Shown: piece by piece, positions 44,201-59,077 of the stretch
Numbering within the stretch: the stretch's first letter is position 1
Layout of the letters: every line of letters begins with the position of its first letter
Source of the DNA: the human T2T-CHM13v2.0 reference genome, Homo sapiens
Length of the DNA stretch: 64,000 nucleotides
Direction: 5' to 3' (one strand)
Assembly (NCBI RefSeq): GCF_009914755.1
Contig: NC_060929.1
Position numbers and translations under genes: made by a program
Notes under the pieces: generated by a model
What the model was told of the DNA's origin: nothing
The model's database searches: none
Seen by the model: only the letters and a program-made list of their open reading frames with translations

Positions 44201-44467
44201 TTGACATAAATAAAAGGCAACTATAAAAATGAACACAGCACAGTGAACATAGAATAATGTTATTCCCTTCTAGTTAAATTCTGTGTTACCCGCCAGGGCC
44301 TCTTTGTTGAAAGGGGAGGTTACAGGTGTCACAGACTTTTTAAAAACATACCAGTATCAAATTAAGACTTTATGATAATCAGAAGAATGAAAAAGAAAAA
44401 GATAAAAAGAACAATTCTCTCCCTGTGTGATCCAGTGTTCTTTAAAGATGTGCCCACATAAACCTAA

Positions 44468-44915
44468 GGAGGCAGGAGAATAGGATTTGGAGGCAGGGAA
44501 CAAAAGGCCGACTCATGCTGACTAGATATCAGACGCTACTCCCTTTCCAACCCCTCCTTTTGCTGTGTGGCAGTTGCTGCGTGGCACTTGCTGCGTGGCA
44601 GTTGGAAAATGAAAGTACCTCTGATTGGCCCCCTCTCACAACCAACCGGACTGGTTGCAGGCCTACCGTCCCCTCCCTCAATCAATCCGGCTGGTCGCGG
44701 GCCACTAGAGTGAATCAATGGGAAACCTCTAGAGGGTATTTAAACCCGAAAATTCTGTAACCAGTGCTCTTGAGCTGCTTGCTCGGCCTGCTCCCGTCCT
44801 GTGGAGTGTACTCTCATTTAAAATAAATCTCTGCTTTGGCTGCCTTGCTTATGTACTTGTCCAGTTCTTTGTTCAAAATTCCAAGAACCTGGACAACTAC
44901 CCTCAACTGGTAACA
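44468..44915 (+). mobile_element. MER51/LTR15-family ERV1 solo LTR
   Basis: 4-bp TSD CTAA on both sides; gaggcaggagaatagg..ggaggcagggaac; ctgattgg; gggtatttaaaccc; aataaa; ccaagaacctggaca..ggtaaca. Confidence 0.88.
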
Positions 44916-45597
44916 CTAACTCCTATCACCTGTGCTACCTGGTACAATCCCATCTACTGCCCCATCTCATCCTGCAAGCAGTCAGAGGTGTGTGCCCCAT
45001 GCTCTGGAAAATATGGATCTGGTGTACTTCTATCACTAGATGTCCTCTCAGCTGACTAAAGAAACGAAGTCTTCTTTCCTATCTATCTCAGTTGTGCTTT
45101 TCCCTCCAGGAGCCAATAGCCTTTCCTTTCTGGAGTTCTGGAGGCCTCTTTTTTTTCCCCCTAGCTCTCTTCATTTAATTCTGTGCCATAAGTAAGGGTG
45201 TTTCCTGCATTCAGTGCAAGCCCTCTGAGAGTCTCTGTTATCCCTCCGAGTCATGTATTTTTCTCCTTGATGATTTCTAGACTGAAACAAAATTAGGCAA
45301 ACCTCACGCCTCAAGGAACACATGGGCATCAACGCCTCCATAGCTGCAGAGAACATATGAACACAGCTGTCTTTTTGAAGTCACTTGAGAGGTGTGCAAG
45401 GTCCTCCCTGACAAATCCTTTCCTGTCCTTGTCATCTCCACCATTTGAGATGTGGTTAAGAGCACTGGGCTCTGAAGTTAAACTCTCTGAAGTTAGACTC
45501 TCTGGGTTTGAGCCATGGCTTTGCTAATTATCAGCTGTGTAACTCTGAGAAAGTTAATACCTCAGTGCCTCAGTTTACTTCTCTTTAAAATGGAGTT

Positions 45598-48107
45598 TAC
45601 CCTCAATAAACTAGGCATCAGAGGAACATACCTCAAAATAATAAAAGCCATCTATGACAAACCCACAGCCAGCAATCATACTGAATAGGCAAAAGCTGGA
45701 AGCATTTCCCTTGAAAACAGGCACAAGATAAGAATGCCCTCTCTCACCACTCCTATTCAACAGAATACTGGAAGCCCTGGCCGGAGCAATCATGCAGGAG
45801 GAAGAAATAAAAGGCATCCAAATAGGAAGAAAGGAAGTCAAACTATCCCTATTTGCAGATGGCATGATTCTATATCTACCCATAGTCTCAGCACAAAAGC
45901 TCCTTGATCTGATAAACAATTTCAGCAAACTTTCAGGATACAAAATCAACATACAAATCAGTAGCAGCGCTATACACTAACAACAGTCAAGCTGAGAGCC
46001 AAATCAGGAACACAATCCTATTTACAATGGCCACAAAAATAATAAAATACCTAGGAATACAAATAACCAGGGATGCTGAAAGTTTCTATAGTAAAAATTA
46101 CAAAACAACTGCTCAAATAAAATCAGTGATGACATAAACAAATGGAAAAACATTCCATCCTCATGGATAGGAAGAATCAATATAATAAAAAATGGCCATA
46201 CTGCCCAAAGCAATGTATAGATTCAATATTATTCCTATCAAACTACCAATGACATTCTTGAATTAGAATTAGAAAAATCTATTTTAAAATTCATATGAAA
46301 TAAAAAAAAGAGCCCAAATATCCAAAGCAATCCTAACGACAACAACAACAAAACAAAGCCAGAGGCATCATGTTACCCAACCTTAAATTATGCTACAAGG
46401 CTACAGTAACCAAAACAGCATGGTACTGGTACAAAAACAGAAACATAAACCAATGAAACAGAATAGAGAGCTCAGAAATAAGGCTGCACACCTACAACCA
46501 TCTGATCTTTGACAAAACTGACAAAAACAAGCAATGGGGAAAAGACTCCCTACTTAATAAATGGCACTGGGATAACTGGCTAGCCATATGCAGAAGTTTG
46601 AACCACCTTACACCACGTACAAAAACCAACTCAAGATGGATTAAATATTTAAATGTAAAACCTAAAACTATAAAAACCCTGGAAGATAACTTAGGAAATA
46701 CCATTCTAGACATAGGACCTGGCAAAGAGTTCATGACGAACAGGCCAAAAACAATAGCAACAAAAAATTGACAAGTGGGACCTAATTAAACTAAAGAGCC
46801 TCTGCACAGCAAAAGAAACTATCAACAGTGTAAACAGACAAACTACAGAATGGGAGAAAATATTTGCAAACTATGCATCTGACAAAGGTCTAATATCCAA
46901 CATGTATAAGAAACTTAAACAAATTTACAAGCAAAAACCAAACAAGCCCATTAAAAACTGGGCAAAGAACATGACAGACACATTTTTCTTTGTTTTGAGA
47001 CAGGGTCTTACTATGTCACCCAGGCTGGAGTACAGTGGTGCCATCTTGGCTCACTGCAACCTCCACCTCCTTGGCTCAAGGAATCCTTCCACTTCAGCCT
47101 CCCAAGTAGCTGGGACTACAGGCATGCGCCATCATGCCTGGCTAAGTTTTTGTACTTTTTATAGACACGAGGTTTTGCCATGTTGCCCAGGCTAGTCTCA
47201 AACTCCTGAGCTCAAGTGATCCATCCACCTCAGCCTCCCAAAGTGCTGGGATTACAGGTGTGAGCCACTGTGACTGGTCTGAATAGACACTTTTTCAAAA
47301 GAAGACATACATGCAGCCAATAAGAATAAGAAAAAATTCTTAACACCACTAAACTTTAGAGAAATGCAAATCAAAACCACAATGAGATACCATCCCACAC
47401 CAGTAAGAATGACTATTAATAAAATATCAAAAAATAACAGATGCTGGCAAAGTTGCAGAGAAAAGGGAACGTTTATACACTGCTGGTGAGAGCGTAAATT
47501 AGTTCAGCCATTGTGGAAAGCAATGTGGCAATTCCTCAAAGAACTTAAAATTACCATTCACCCAAACAACCCTATTATTGGGTGTATATCCAGAGGAATA
47601 TGAATCACTCTGCCATAAAGACACATGCATACATATGTTCATCAAAACACTATTCACAATAGCAAACACAGGAAATCAGCCTAAATGCCCATCAATGGTA
47701 GACTGGATACAGAAAATATGGGTACATATACACCATGGAATACTATGCAGCCATAAAAGAGAGCAAAATCATGTCTGTTGCAGCAACATGGATGGAGCTG
47801 GAGGCCATTATCCTAAGCAAACTAATACAGGAATAAAAGACCAAATACTACATGTTCTCACTTACAAGTGGGAGCTAAACAACAAGAACACGTGAACACT
47901 AGGGGAAACAACAGAAACTAGAGCCTAGTTGACGGTGGAGGTTGGGAGGAGGGAGAGGAGCAGAAAAAATACCTATTGGGTATTATGCTTATTACCTGGT
48001 TTATGAAATAGTCCGTACACCAAATCCCTGTGACATGCAGTTTATATAACAATCCTGATGTACCCCTGAAGCTAAAATAAAAGTTAAAAGAAAAATAAAT
48101 AAATAAA
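45598..48107 (+). mobile_element. L1PA13-15-like, 5'-truncated, inserted into a MIR (halves ~45450-45595 and ~48110-48230)
   Basis: RT motif [24 protein letters not shown]; aataaa plus (TAAA)n tail; TSD core taaaatgg at 45586 and 48108. Confidence 0.93.
46985..47279 (-). mobile_element. AluJ inside the L1PA
   Basis: ttgccatgttgcccaggctagtctcaaactcctgagctcaagtgatcc; degenerate TSD gacagacacattttt / gaatagacacttttt. Confidence 0.93.
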
Positions 48108-49316
48108 TAAAATGGGACTTGCACTAGTACCCACCTCACAGGGTTGTTGTAAGATTCAAATGGCACATAATTCAAATGGCACATTAATTCACAAAGGCGC
48201 ATAGAAAATAGTGTACAAGCAATGAATGTGAACAGAAACAATGACCATCCTGCTGTATTCTTCAGAGACACGTTTCTTTTGTTTACATTTTTTTGCTTGG
48301 GGAAGAGGAGAAGAGGACAGACAATATTTTATCTGAGGAACACAGGAATGAAAAATTTGATTCCTAAATTCCATTCCTATCTATGTCCTATAAGACGTAG
48401 TTTTGGGTCTTGTGTTTTAGTCTGTCTTGCTATACAAATGAAAAACATATTACTACTCATAACTTTAAATACCTGTTAAGCCAATTCTCCCAGCACCTTG
48501 TGAGAGGGTTCTTGATAATTAGCTCTGTTTTACAGACAAGTATACTGCGATTCAGAAAGATTAAATGGCTTATCCAAGAATTAGCCAGTTTAAAAGATAT
48601 GGGCTAGGTCATTTAGGATCTTTTTCTCTTTTGCTTATTTCAAAGGCAGGGATATAATAGAGATCTAGAAAATAAATGTTTTAAAACAATAAATATGAAA
48701 ATCTACACTTAAGAGGATGGTGGGAGACAGGGAAATTTCACCCAGTCTCAGAGTTTAGTCTACGACTAATATGCTCATGATGTCTAAAGCTGTCTCTCAT
48801 GTATATATGTAAGAATGTATGTATAATTTCAACTTCTATTTTTGATTCAGGGGGTGTGTGTAGGTTTATTTCATGGGTATATGGCATGATGCTGAGATTT
48901 GGGTAAAACTGATTCCATCACCCAAGTAATGAGCATAGTACCAAACAGTTTTTCAACCCTTGCCCTTTCCCTCCCTTTCCCCTCTAGTAGTCTCCAGTGT
49001 CTATTCTTGCCATCTTTGTGTCCATGAATACCCAATGTTTAGTTCCCACTTATAAGTTAAAATAGGCAGTATTTGTGTTAATTCATTTAGGATAATGGTC
49101 TCCAGCTCCATCCATGTTGCTGCAAAAGACATGATTTTGTTCTTTTTTATGGCTGCATAGTATTCCATGGTGTATATGTACCACATTCTGTTTATCCAAT
49201 TCACCGTTGGTGAGCACATAGGTTAATTCCATGTCTTTGCTATTGTGACTAGTGCTGTGATGAACATATGAATGCATATGTCTTTTTGGTAGAACAACTT
49301 ATTTTCTTTTGGATAT

Positions 49317-49740
49317 TGTATTAGTCCATTCTTGCACTGTTATAAAGAAATACCTGAGACTAGGTAATTTATAAAGAAAAGCAGTTTAATTGGCTCACAG
49401 TTCCACAGACTGTACAGGAAGCATGATGCTGGCATCTGCTCAGCTTCTGGTGAGGCCTCAGGGAGCTTATAATCATGGCAGAATGTAAAGTGGGGGCAGG
49501 CATGTCACATGGTCAGAGCCAGGGCAAGAGGTGGAGAAAGATGCCACAGACTTTTAAATGACCAGATCTCATGAGAACTCATACACTATCATGAGGACAG
49601 CACCAAGGGGATGGTACTGAAAAATCCATGAGAAATCTGACCCCATGATCCAGTCACCTCCCACCAGGCCCCACCTCCAACACTGGGGATTACAATTTAA
49701 CATGAGATTTTGGTGGGAACACAAGATCCAAACCATATCA
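49317..49740 (-). mobile_element. MSTA MaLR solo LTR
   Basis: tgtattagtccattc ... caaaccatatca; perfect 5-bp TSD GATAT. Confidence 0.93.
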
Positions 49741-50075
49741 GATATATACCCAGTAATGTGATTGCTGGGTTGAATTGTAGTTCTGTTTTAAGTTCTTGAG
49801 AGGTCTTGAAAACGCTTTCCACAATGGCTGAAGTAATTTACATTCCCACCAGCAGTGTATAGGTGTTCTCTTTTCTCTGCAGCCTTGACAGTAAATGTTT
49901 TTGTTTTTGTTTCACTTTACATTTTAATATTAGCCATTCTGACTGGTGTAATATTTTATTGTGGTTTTGATTTGCATTTCTCTGATGGTTTGGATGTTGA
50001 ACATTTTTTCATGTTAGTTGACCGTACGTATGTCTTCTTTTGGGAAGTGTCTGTTCATGTCTTTTGCCTACGTTT

Positions 50076-50382
<307 letters not shown>

Positions 50383-50439
50383 ATCTTTTGCATACTTTTT
50401 AATGAGGTTGTTTTTGATAAAGCTATATTTCTAAGTCAT

Positions 50440-50796
50440 ACCTCACTCCTGAACCTTAGATTTTTATTTGCAGCTACCTTTTGCCTTGCCACTTGCCTTT
50501 CAGTTTGGCAATAAGATTTGCTCTGGTAAATAGAATGTTAGAAAACATGACACAGGCAGGGTCTTGAAATATGCTTTCTCTACTGCCATTGCCATGAGAA
50601 GAACATGTCCAGCTAACCTGCTGACCCAGGGAAGATGAGAGACACTTGGAGCAGACCTAGACCCACAGACCTGCACCTGAAGCAGTGCTGCCTATGTTGA
50701 CCCAGATTGGTAACAATCAATGATGAGTATTTTAAGCTACAGAGATTTTATAGTTATTTTTATGCAGCACTTTTGTGGTGATAGATGACTGCTACA
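50440..50796 (+). mobile_element. MLT1H/I-like MaLR LTR
   Basis: gccattgccatgagaagaacatg..gatgagagacacttggagcagacc..tatgcagcacttttgtgg..atagatgactgctaca. Confidence 0.7.
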
Positions 50797-51101
50797 AGAT
50801 TACAACATGTATTCTTTACTTGCTAACTCTAATGTTAATTGGTACTTAGACAAAGCAAGCAAGCATCTTGGAACTCTTTATCAACATTTAAATCTCACTT
50901 AAATTATACACTATTATTCATGTTTATTTTTATTCTCTATTCAATTCAGTGAGTGTTAACGTGGATTTAAACATGTTTACCATTTTCATTACTTTATATT
51001 TTTCCTTGAATGTTTGATCTTATTTTCCTTTTCCCTAAAGAATGCCCTTTAATAGTTTCAGTGGGAGTCTGCTGGTGACAAATTCTTTCAAGTTTTTGTT
51101 G

Positions 51102-51425
<324 letters not shown>

Positions 51426-51600
51426 TTGTTGTTGTCTTCTAAAACTATTTTGCTTTCATTTTTGAAGACATATTGGTAGGGTATAGAATTCTTGTTTTGA
51501 TTTGTTTTCATTTTTAGCACATTGAGGATAATATTTCATTGCGTTCGATTCTTTTGTTCCTGTGTTCTTGGTGAAAATCACCTGTCTTTCCTATTCTTGC

Positions 51601-51879
51601 TTTTTTTGTTGTTTGTTTGAGACAGAGTCTCTACCATCCAGGATGGAGTGCAGTGGTGCAATCTCGGCTCACTGGAACCTCTGTTTCCTGGACTCGAGTG
51701 ATTCTCTCTTGCCGCAGCCTCCCAAGTAGCTGGGATTATGGGCAGGCACCACCACACCTGGCTACATTTTTTTTTTTTTTTTTTTTTTTTTTAGTAGAGA
51801 CAGGGTTTCACCATGTTGGCCAGGCTGTTCTGGAACTCCTGACCTCAAATGATCTGCCTGCCTTGGCCTCCCAAAGTGT
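51601..51879 (-). mobile_element. AluS, 5'-truncated
   Basis: Ends abruptly at ctcccaaagtg; long T linker. Confidence 0.9.
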
Positions 51880-54549
51880 TATTCAATGGTTTTTGAAGGT
51901 ATCTTGTGGATTTTTCCATCTGACTGTTAGAGTTTTCTCTTCATCTTTGGATTTTAGTAGTTTTAGTTTTCCTACATGGGGGTTTCGTTCCTTTATCCTG
52001 ATTGTGATTCTTTGGAATTCTTAAATCTGTGATTTGACATGCTTTATCAGTCTTGGGAAATCCTTAATACTTCCTGTTTCAAATATTTCTTCTGACCCAT
52101 GTCTCCTCCTGCCTTCCTAAGATTCTAATTCAACCTACACCTTACCCTCTATCATCTATGCCTTTCACCTGTTCTTTTTCATGTGACTGCTGAAGAATTT
52201 TAGATATGCCTTCCAATTTACTATTTTTCTCTTTAGTTATCTTTAATATGATATTAACTCCTCTGCTGAGTTATTATAGTTGTATTTTGTTTTGGTTCTA
52301 GAATTTCTATTTGTTTCTCAAAGATGCTAGTCAGTTCTTATAGTTCTCAGAAAATTTCAATCCTCTTCTCCCCTCCCTTCACATATTAACATAGTTTCTT
52401 AAAATATGTGTGAGGTAGCTCTAATGTCTGGAGACTCCTGGAGACATGCTTCTATTACTTGTTGTTTCTGCTGGCTCTTGTTCATGTTGTCCTGTTTTCT
52501 TTTGTCTTATTGTCTTTACTGTATGACTGATACTGAATTTGAAATTATTTTGAAGCCTAGCATGATGTTATGTTCCTTTAGAGAGAAATATAATTTACCT
52601 CTACTAGGTACCTGAATGTACTAGTTATCTGGGGTAACCTTAATCCAACTATAGAGCTTACCATTTTCTGGCCCACCCAGATAATGCAAAGTTAATCTGA
52701 AGCCCACGAAAAGGCTCAGTTTCCCTCTATTTTCAGGCATGCAATTTGCTTTGAAATCTTGGTCAAAAATGAAGTTGGAGGATTGACCATAGTGCTTACA
52801 CTTGGCAGATACTGTAACCCAAATCTTGCTCCAATCCCCAAGAGGCTGGCAAAAGTGGTGCTTGGCATCACTGTCTATTCTAGTTTTGCAAATGCCCTGA
52901 AATCAAAAGTCGCTCCAAATGTCTGACTCATATCTTTGGATTTTCTTTTCCAGTATATTGGTCCAGTAGTTTCTCATAGCTTTACTATCTCTGCTGCCTT
53001 TAAGCAAACATTTTTATATCTTGTCCAAATTTTCTGACTGTCCTCAGCAGGAGGATTTGTTTGAATTATTTTGCTGCTAATACCAGGATGACCCTCCTTG
53101 CCATAAATGGGAGCCCAAGTCTCCTACATTTTCTCAATAACCTAATCTTTATTTCCTTCTTGAGTACTGTTCTATTTAACTCCCCACACCAATCATGGTG
53201 GCTAGAACATTTTTCATATTCTTTATTTAAAACACGTGTTAGAAGATCTCAATGGGCAGAATATAGAAAGGAGGTAACAAAGGTGGTGAAGACTATCCAC
53301 AGTTTTGGCCGATGTTAGTGCTAGAAACACTGTAACCAAATGCATTTTTCAAATGATTACTTCTGCCTCTGTATACAATGTTTTGTTTACAGCATTCATT
53401 AGACATGGTTCTTGAGCAAGTCACATAAATTGAGCCTCAGATATCACTTCTATAAAATACAGGAGGGAAGAAGATTAATTTGGTAACATCTAGCTCTAAA
53501 TTGTAGTAAGCACCACAATGTAAGAGTAAAAGCCTCCTAGAGGACCTGTGTGATTCTCTTTACATGGTGATGCCCTAATAAGTATTTGTTGAGTAAGGAA
53601 TGAATGTCATAATGTCTAAGTGAATTTTTCTGGTTTATTATTCTCTTTGAGAACAGGCAGTAACTTCTGGGCTGCCTACCTGAGATTGCTAACGGAATTG
53701 TTTACAATTGTCTCTTTCATAATAACAATGGGAATTGTAATAAGTAAAGGCATGTATTGCAAGGGGACAGTAAAGAAGGAATTTATCATGTTTTAGAATT
53801 TAAGGTCATATCGCATACTAGTGTTTTTGCAGTCCAATTTTGTTTGCACTAACTGGACATATGATGTGAGATTCATTGTGTCTAAACATACATACCAATT
53901 ACATTGCTAAGTGCTTAAAGTGCTTAATAGACTGAAATGGAGACTTGGTAATAAAAAGCCTTTAATGAGAAGGTGAAGATAGTGTTGTAGGAAGCAGGAA
54001 CAACTCTAATCAGAGTGCATCAAGTCACACATACATATGCTTACACAGATACACTCTGCAAAAGAAATCATTGATTGGCTTCAGGTCTCATCTGCGACAT
54101 TTAGTGTAAGCTTGTAGCAAATCCCAGGAGGGAAATGCCAATCCAGGAAGTCATTTGTTCAAGAGTCTTCTAAGACCACATATCCACAGCATTATTTGGC
54201 TAAAATTGGTTTAAGAGGGTGGTGGAAAATGAGAATGAATCCAATCCACAAGTGAAGGTTTGGCCCCAGATTTGCTAATATTAATTTTGAGACTTTCACT
54301 TCTCCGACTATTTCTGGCTACAGTGACTTTAGAGGCTGTGGAACTCAATGAGGTGACCACAGTAGACAGTCACCTTTCATTCTAATGAAAGGACAGGCTC
54401 ACATATGCTCCCTTGTGTAAGAATGAAATCCTTCATTGCTCCACAGAGGAGAGGTCTGAGTCAGCTCTTTGGGTTGTTATTTGAAAAACTGATTGGTGAC
54501 GTTGTCTTTTCAATTCAGTTCAAGAGACAAAAGTAAAGTTTAATTCTCA

Positions 54550-55143
<594 letters not shown>

Positions 55144-56494
55144 TCAATAGGATTACTCTTACTCCTAAAGGAGATCTGAATTCTTGCTTCTTGCACCTCA
55201 CTCCCTCTCTCTCTATACCAAACCAAACCTTCACATCTCTGCTTGTGGACACTCTTTCTTGGGACACAATTTTCTTATTTCATTATTCAAGAAGACTGAG
55301 GAAGAAATACCATAAAATTTTCACCATGAGATACATACTCAATGAGTATCACTGAGTCACAAGCATTGACATGTGACTCATAAAACTAGAAAAGGGGCAT
55401 AGTTGCCTGTAGAGAGATGTGCTCCAGATCTTTGTATTTGGTGGTATATATTAATCTTTACAAAACTTTCTATAACTATTCAAGACCACATTGTTCTCTC
55501 CTTTCTAGAAAAGCCTATTGTATAAATTGCAATGTGAAAACTAGTATAGAGTGCACATAAATGAAGAGCCATGTAAATACAGAAAAAGAAACAATTTAAT
55601 TTTTTCTGGAGTATTTATAAAACAACTCTTAGGGCACTTGGGCCTTGAAGGATGAATTGGATTTTCCCAGGATGGAAGGAAAGAAGGTTACCTTATACAG
55701 GAGGAGCAATGAATGTAATCTGCATGGTTGCTCTGCATGTGTCCTAAATCTCATGGCCTTTTGAGTTCTTTACTATTCCTTACAATCATGCTTGCGGGCT
55801 CAATAAATGATTGTCCATGCTCACAATTGGTTTTACATAGATGGGCACACCTTGTCTCACCAGTTACTGTCCCTTGGACTGTCTGCTAGAAGAGCAGGGC
55901 CATCTGCTCTGACAGACATTACTCAGATAATGTCAGTGATGCCAAAGGGTTTTTCTTTCTCCTCTGACCTACTTAGTCTTCCACAAACCAAGATTTTCTC
56001 CCCTTCATTGCTGTGTTGTGCTAAGCACTCACTGTTTTCTCTCCTCTTCCCTTTCTGTCCTGCAGTGTTTCCTTTGCTTTTAGGAAAGCACTTAGTCGTG
56101 GAGCTGATTTCTGAGTTATTGTGCTCCTAAGTCCTCCTGCAATCCATGTGCAATCATCTGTTTATTAAGGTTAAATCAGTTCAACTGATATTATAAAACC
56201 TTGATTAATGGGAACATATGAGTAATGCTTCTGGTTAATTGAATTTTCAAGTTAACTGAGGGTTAAATGAGAGATTTAATAAAATTGCCAAAGCACTTAT
56301 CTTTCTCAATTTTATGGCACTGATCACATTCTACCTTGCCTGGGCACTTGTGAAGTTCATGTCTCAGCTTTCCTAATAGACTGTGAACTTTCTGAGGGTA
56401 GACTCTGGCCATATACTTGTCTGTAATTCAGCATGGCCCAATGGATCACATTTTTTAAGACAATGATGTAATCTTCATTATCATCATCACTGTC

Positions 56495-56905
56495 ATTGCG
56501 TTATGGCTAATAGCATGGACTGTAGCCAGACAGCCTGAGTTTGAATGCCTCTGCCATTTGGTGGTTCTACGGGCTTGGGCAAGTTATTTACCCTCTCAGT
56601 GCCTCAGTTTCATCATCCATGCAACGGGAATAATAGTAGTGATTACCGCACAAAGCTGATATGAGGATTGAGTCACTATTTACGAAGTGCTTAATAATAA
56701 GGGCACCTTACTAATTGCTCAATGTGTATATTCCCATCTGACCTCAAAGGAAGATGCTATCAATCACCCCATTTTACACATGAGGAAAGTAGAATGCAGA
56801 GAAGTTAACTTACTCAAGGTCAGACAGCTAATAAGAAGTAGAGCCAGGTTTGGATCAAGGAGGTTTAACTTGACAACCTACACTCTTAACATCATGCTCT
56901 TCTAA
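56495..56905. mobile_element. Two adjacent MIRs in opposite orientation (+ ~56495-56720; - ~56730-56905)
   Basis: cttgggcaagttatttaccctctcagtgcctcagtttcatcatc; cccattttacacatgaggaaa..gagaagttaacttactcaaggtcagacagctaataag. Confidence 0.85.
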
Positions 56906-56999
56906 AATCATATTTTTGTATCTACATAACATTCATATTCTTAGATCTGCCCAATTTGGGGAAAAATATATACTTCTAATATTACACATCCATCATGGT

Positions 57000-57283
57000 T
57001 GGTCAAGGGTAATGCTCATCTTAGTAACTGAGCAAGCTAGGTGGACAAGGGCTTCATCATGAGCCTGACCTGTGGTTCCAAGACTGTTGCAGTAGTGGGA
57101 CAGGACCACAGTGAATCACCCACTAGCCCTTCAAAATAAGCACATCACTTCCATTCAAACTTCATTGACTATAACAAGTCACATGGCTATACCTAACTTC
57201 AAAGGGAGTAGGAAAGTGCAGCCTTACCATGACTCAAGAGGCAGAGAGCTAGAAATGCTCCATGAATATCAATAGCTACCATA
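57000..57283 (-). mobile_element. MLT1L-like MaLR fragment
   Basis: agtcacatggctatacctaacttcaaagggagtaggaaagtgcagccttaccatg. Confidence 0.6.
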
Positions 57284-57379
57284 CCCAAGGACTCTCAAAA
57301 ATTAGTGGGCAAACCCTGTGCACTATGGTGTTATATGGGCAGGTGTACAAAGTAGAAAAAGTTAAGTTCTTACTTTAGA

Positions 57380-57598
57380 GAAGAGTCTCTCAATCTTGGC
57401 ACTCTTCACACATTGAACCAGATAATTGTATCTTGTGGGATGCTGTCCTCTGCATGGTAGGCTATTTAGCAGCATCCGTGACCTTGTTCATTAAATGTCA
57501 GTAGCACCTTTCCTCCCCCACTTGTGACAATTGAAAATGTCTCCAGTCTTTGCCAAATGTCCCTGGAAGGCAAAATCACCCCCAGTTGATAACCACTA
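57380..57598 (-). mobile_element. MER20 hAT-Charlie
   Basis: ttgtgacaattgaaaatgtctccagtctttgccaaatgtccctgg..ggcaaaatcacccccagttgataaccact. Confidence 0.9.
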
Positions 57599-57939
57599 AT
57601 TTAAAGTGACCTCATTTGTATCCACAGACTATTCAGTCTTAGGGAGATTCTGGCTAAACTATGACTGCATTGTGTAACAAGGAACTTGTGGAAGATTTTG
57701 CAGATTAGAAAACAGCTTCAGAGGGTCAGTGGCTTGCAGAAAGCCATGGGTTTTGAGTTAGCACAAGAACTTACATCCCTGGAATCTCAGTATTCTTTTT
57801 GCTGTACTATATTTTCCAAACTCTTTTCTTTTTTAGGTTTTCTACACTGACTTTATACTCTGCAAAGTTCTTCAGTGAGTCTACCTCAAATTGTCAGCCC
57901 CTGTAATTTTCAGCCTATTCATTTTTCTTAGTCCTCTGT

Positions 57940-58040
57940 GAAAGTAGGGAACAGCTGGTCATCATGTTCCGTGTAATAACTTTTCATATATTTGAAGGCT
58001 GTTATTAAACCATCCCCAAGCTTCTCTTTGCTGAGTAATT
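57940..58040 (-). mobile_element. L3/CR1 fragment
   Basis: ttcatatatttgaaggctgttattaaaccatccccaagcttctcttt. Confidence 0.5.
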
Positions 58041-58489
58041 GTTATGCTCAAACATGAGCCAAAAATTGCACAAAGTCTGGGAGAAAATAGAGTCTTCAAA
58101 CTAACATTTTTGTATTAAAATGGAAGAAAAACATTTTTTGACTGAAAATATCAACTGAGAAATGAGGCTAAAATTTGAGACTGTGTGGTTTGGTTTCCAG
58201 AATTTTTCTTTCTTTCTCTCTTTTTTGGGGTTTATTATGGTTATTGTAGCTGACCTGAAAATTTTAATTTATTACTGTGAAAATTAATGCCCTAATTAAG
58301 ATTTTTTTAGTACTTTTAATCTTAATGGTATTTTAATGGAAATCCAATGATGACAAGATACTGAGTCTCTGCTTGTCACATCTCAGGATACGACTAGATA
58401 TAGTCCAATTAACTGCAGTGGCACTGATGAGAGGCCCTGGCTTAGAACAAGACCTTCTCATTATAATATAGAACTTGGACAATCACTGA

Positions 58490-58745
58490 TAAAAACTACC
58501 ATTTATTCTGTGCTTTCCATTCACCAGGCCAGATGCTAAGAGATTTATAAGAATTATCTCTTTTAATCTGATTAACTCCAAGAGGTAGTTGTTATTATTA
58601 TTGCTGTTTTACAGAATTAGAAATTTTAGATCAGAGAGGTTAAGTAAGTTGCCCAGTGTCACAGAGCTTACAAGTAGTAGGTTTGGATCGGAATTGGAAA
58701 CCAGGCAGTCTGCCTCTGGAGCCCATGGTCTTAATTGTAATTACA
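58490..58745 (-). mobile_element. MIR
   Basis: tcagagaggttaagtaagttgcccagtgtcacagagct..gaaaccaggcagtctgcctctggagccc. Confidence 0.88.
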
Positions 58746-59077
58746 CATGGCTTCTGTGCAAGCAGGAGCTCTGTCTTACTATTTTTTGTACATTCAATGT
58801 CTAGCTCCTAGTGTCAGCTCTCAGAAATATTTATTGAATGAATAAACAAATGGTGAATGGTAGAGCAGAAATGTGGAACAGCAATATGAGTTGTGGTTCA
58901 GAGCATTATGTAAGCATTGTTTGTTCAGGCATCACTGTCTTATCTCACCCTACCCACCCTCACCTAGAGTGGGTTAAATGCCTTAATTAGCATTCCACAT
59001 TAACTAGTGTGTTTCTATCCATGCACTGACCTCGCTGTGTTATAATGGTCTATTTATGTGCCTGTGTCCTCTGCTAG

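Larger units (their letters stand above)
43695..45020 (+). mobile_element. MER113-like hAT-Charlie, split by AluS and a MER51-like LTR
   Basis: cttgacataaataaaaggcaactataaaaat..ctctttgttgaaaggggag..taatcagaagaatgaaaaagaa. Confidence 0.6.

Noticed and set aside
44560-44604. Short direct repeats as a CRISPR-like array
   Set aside because: Head-to-tail 14-mers without spacers inside an LTR in human DNA; no cas-like ORFs.
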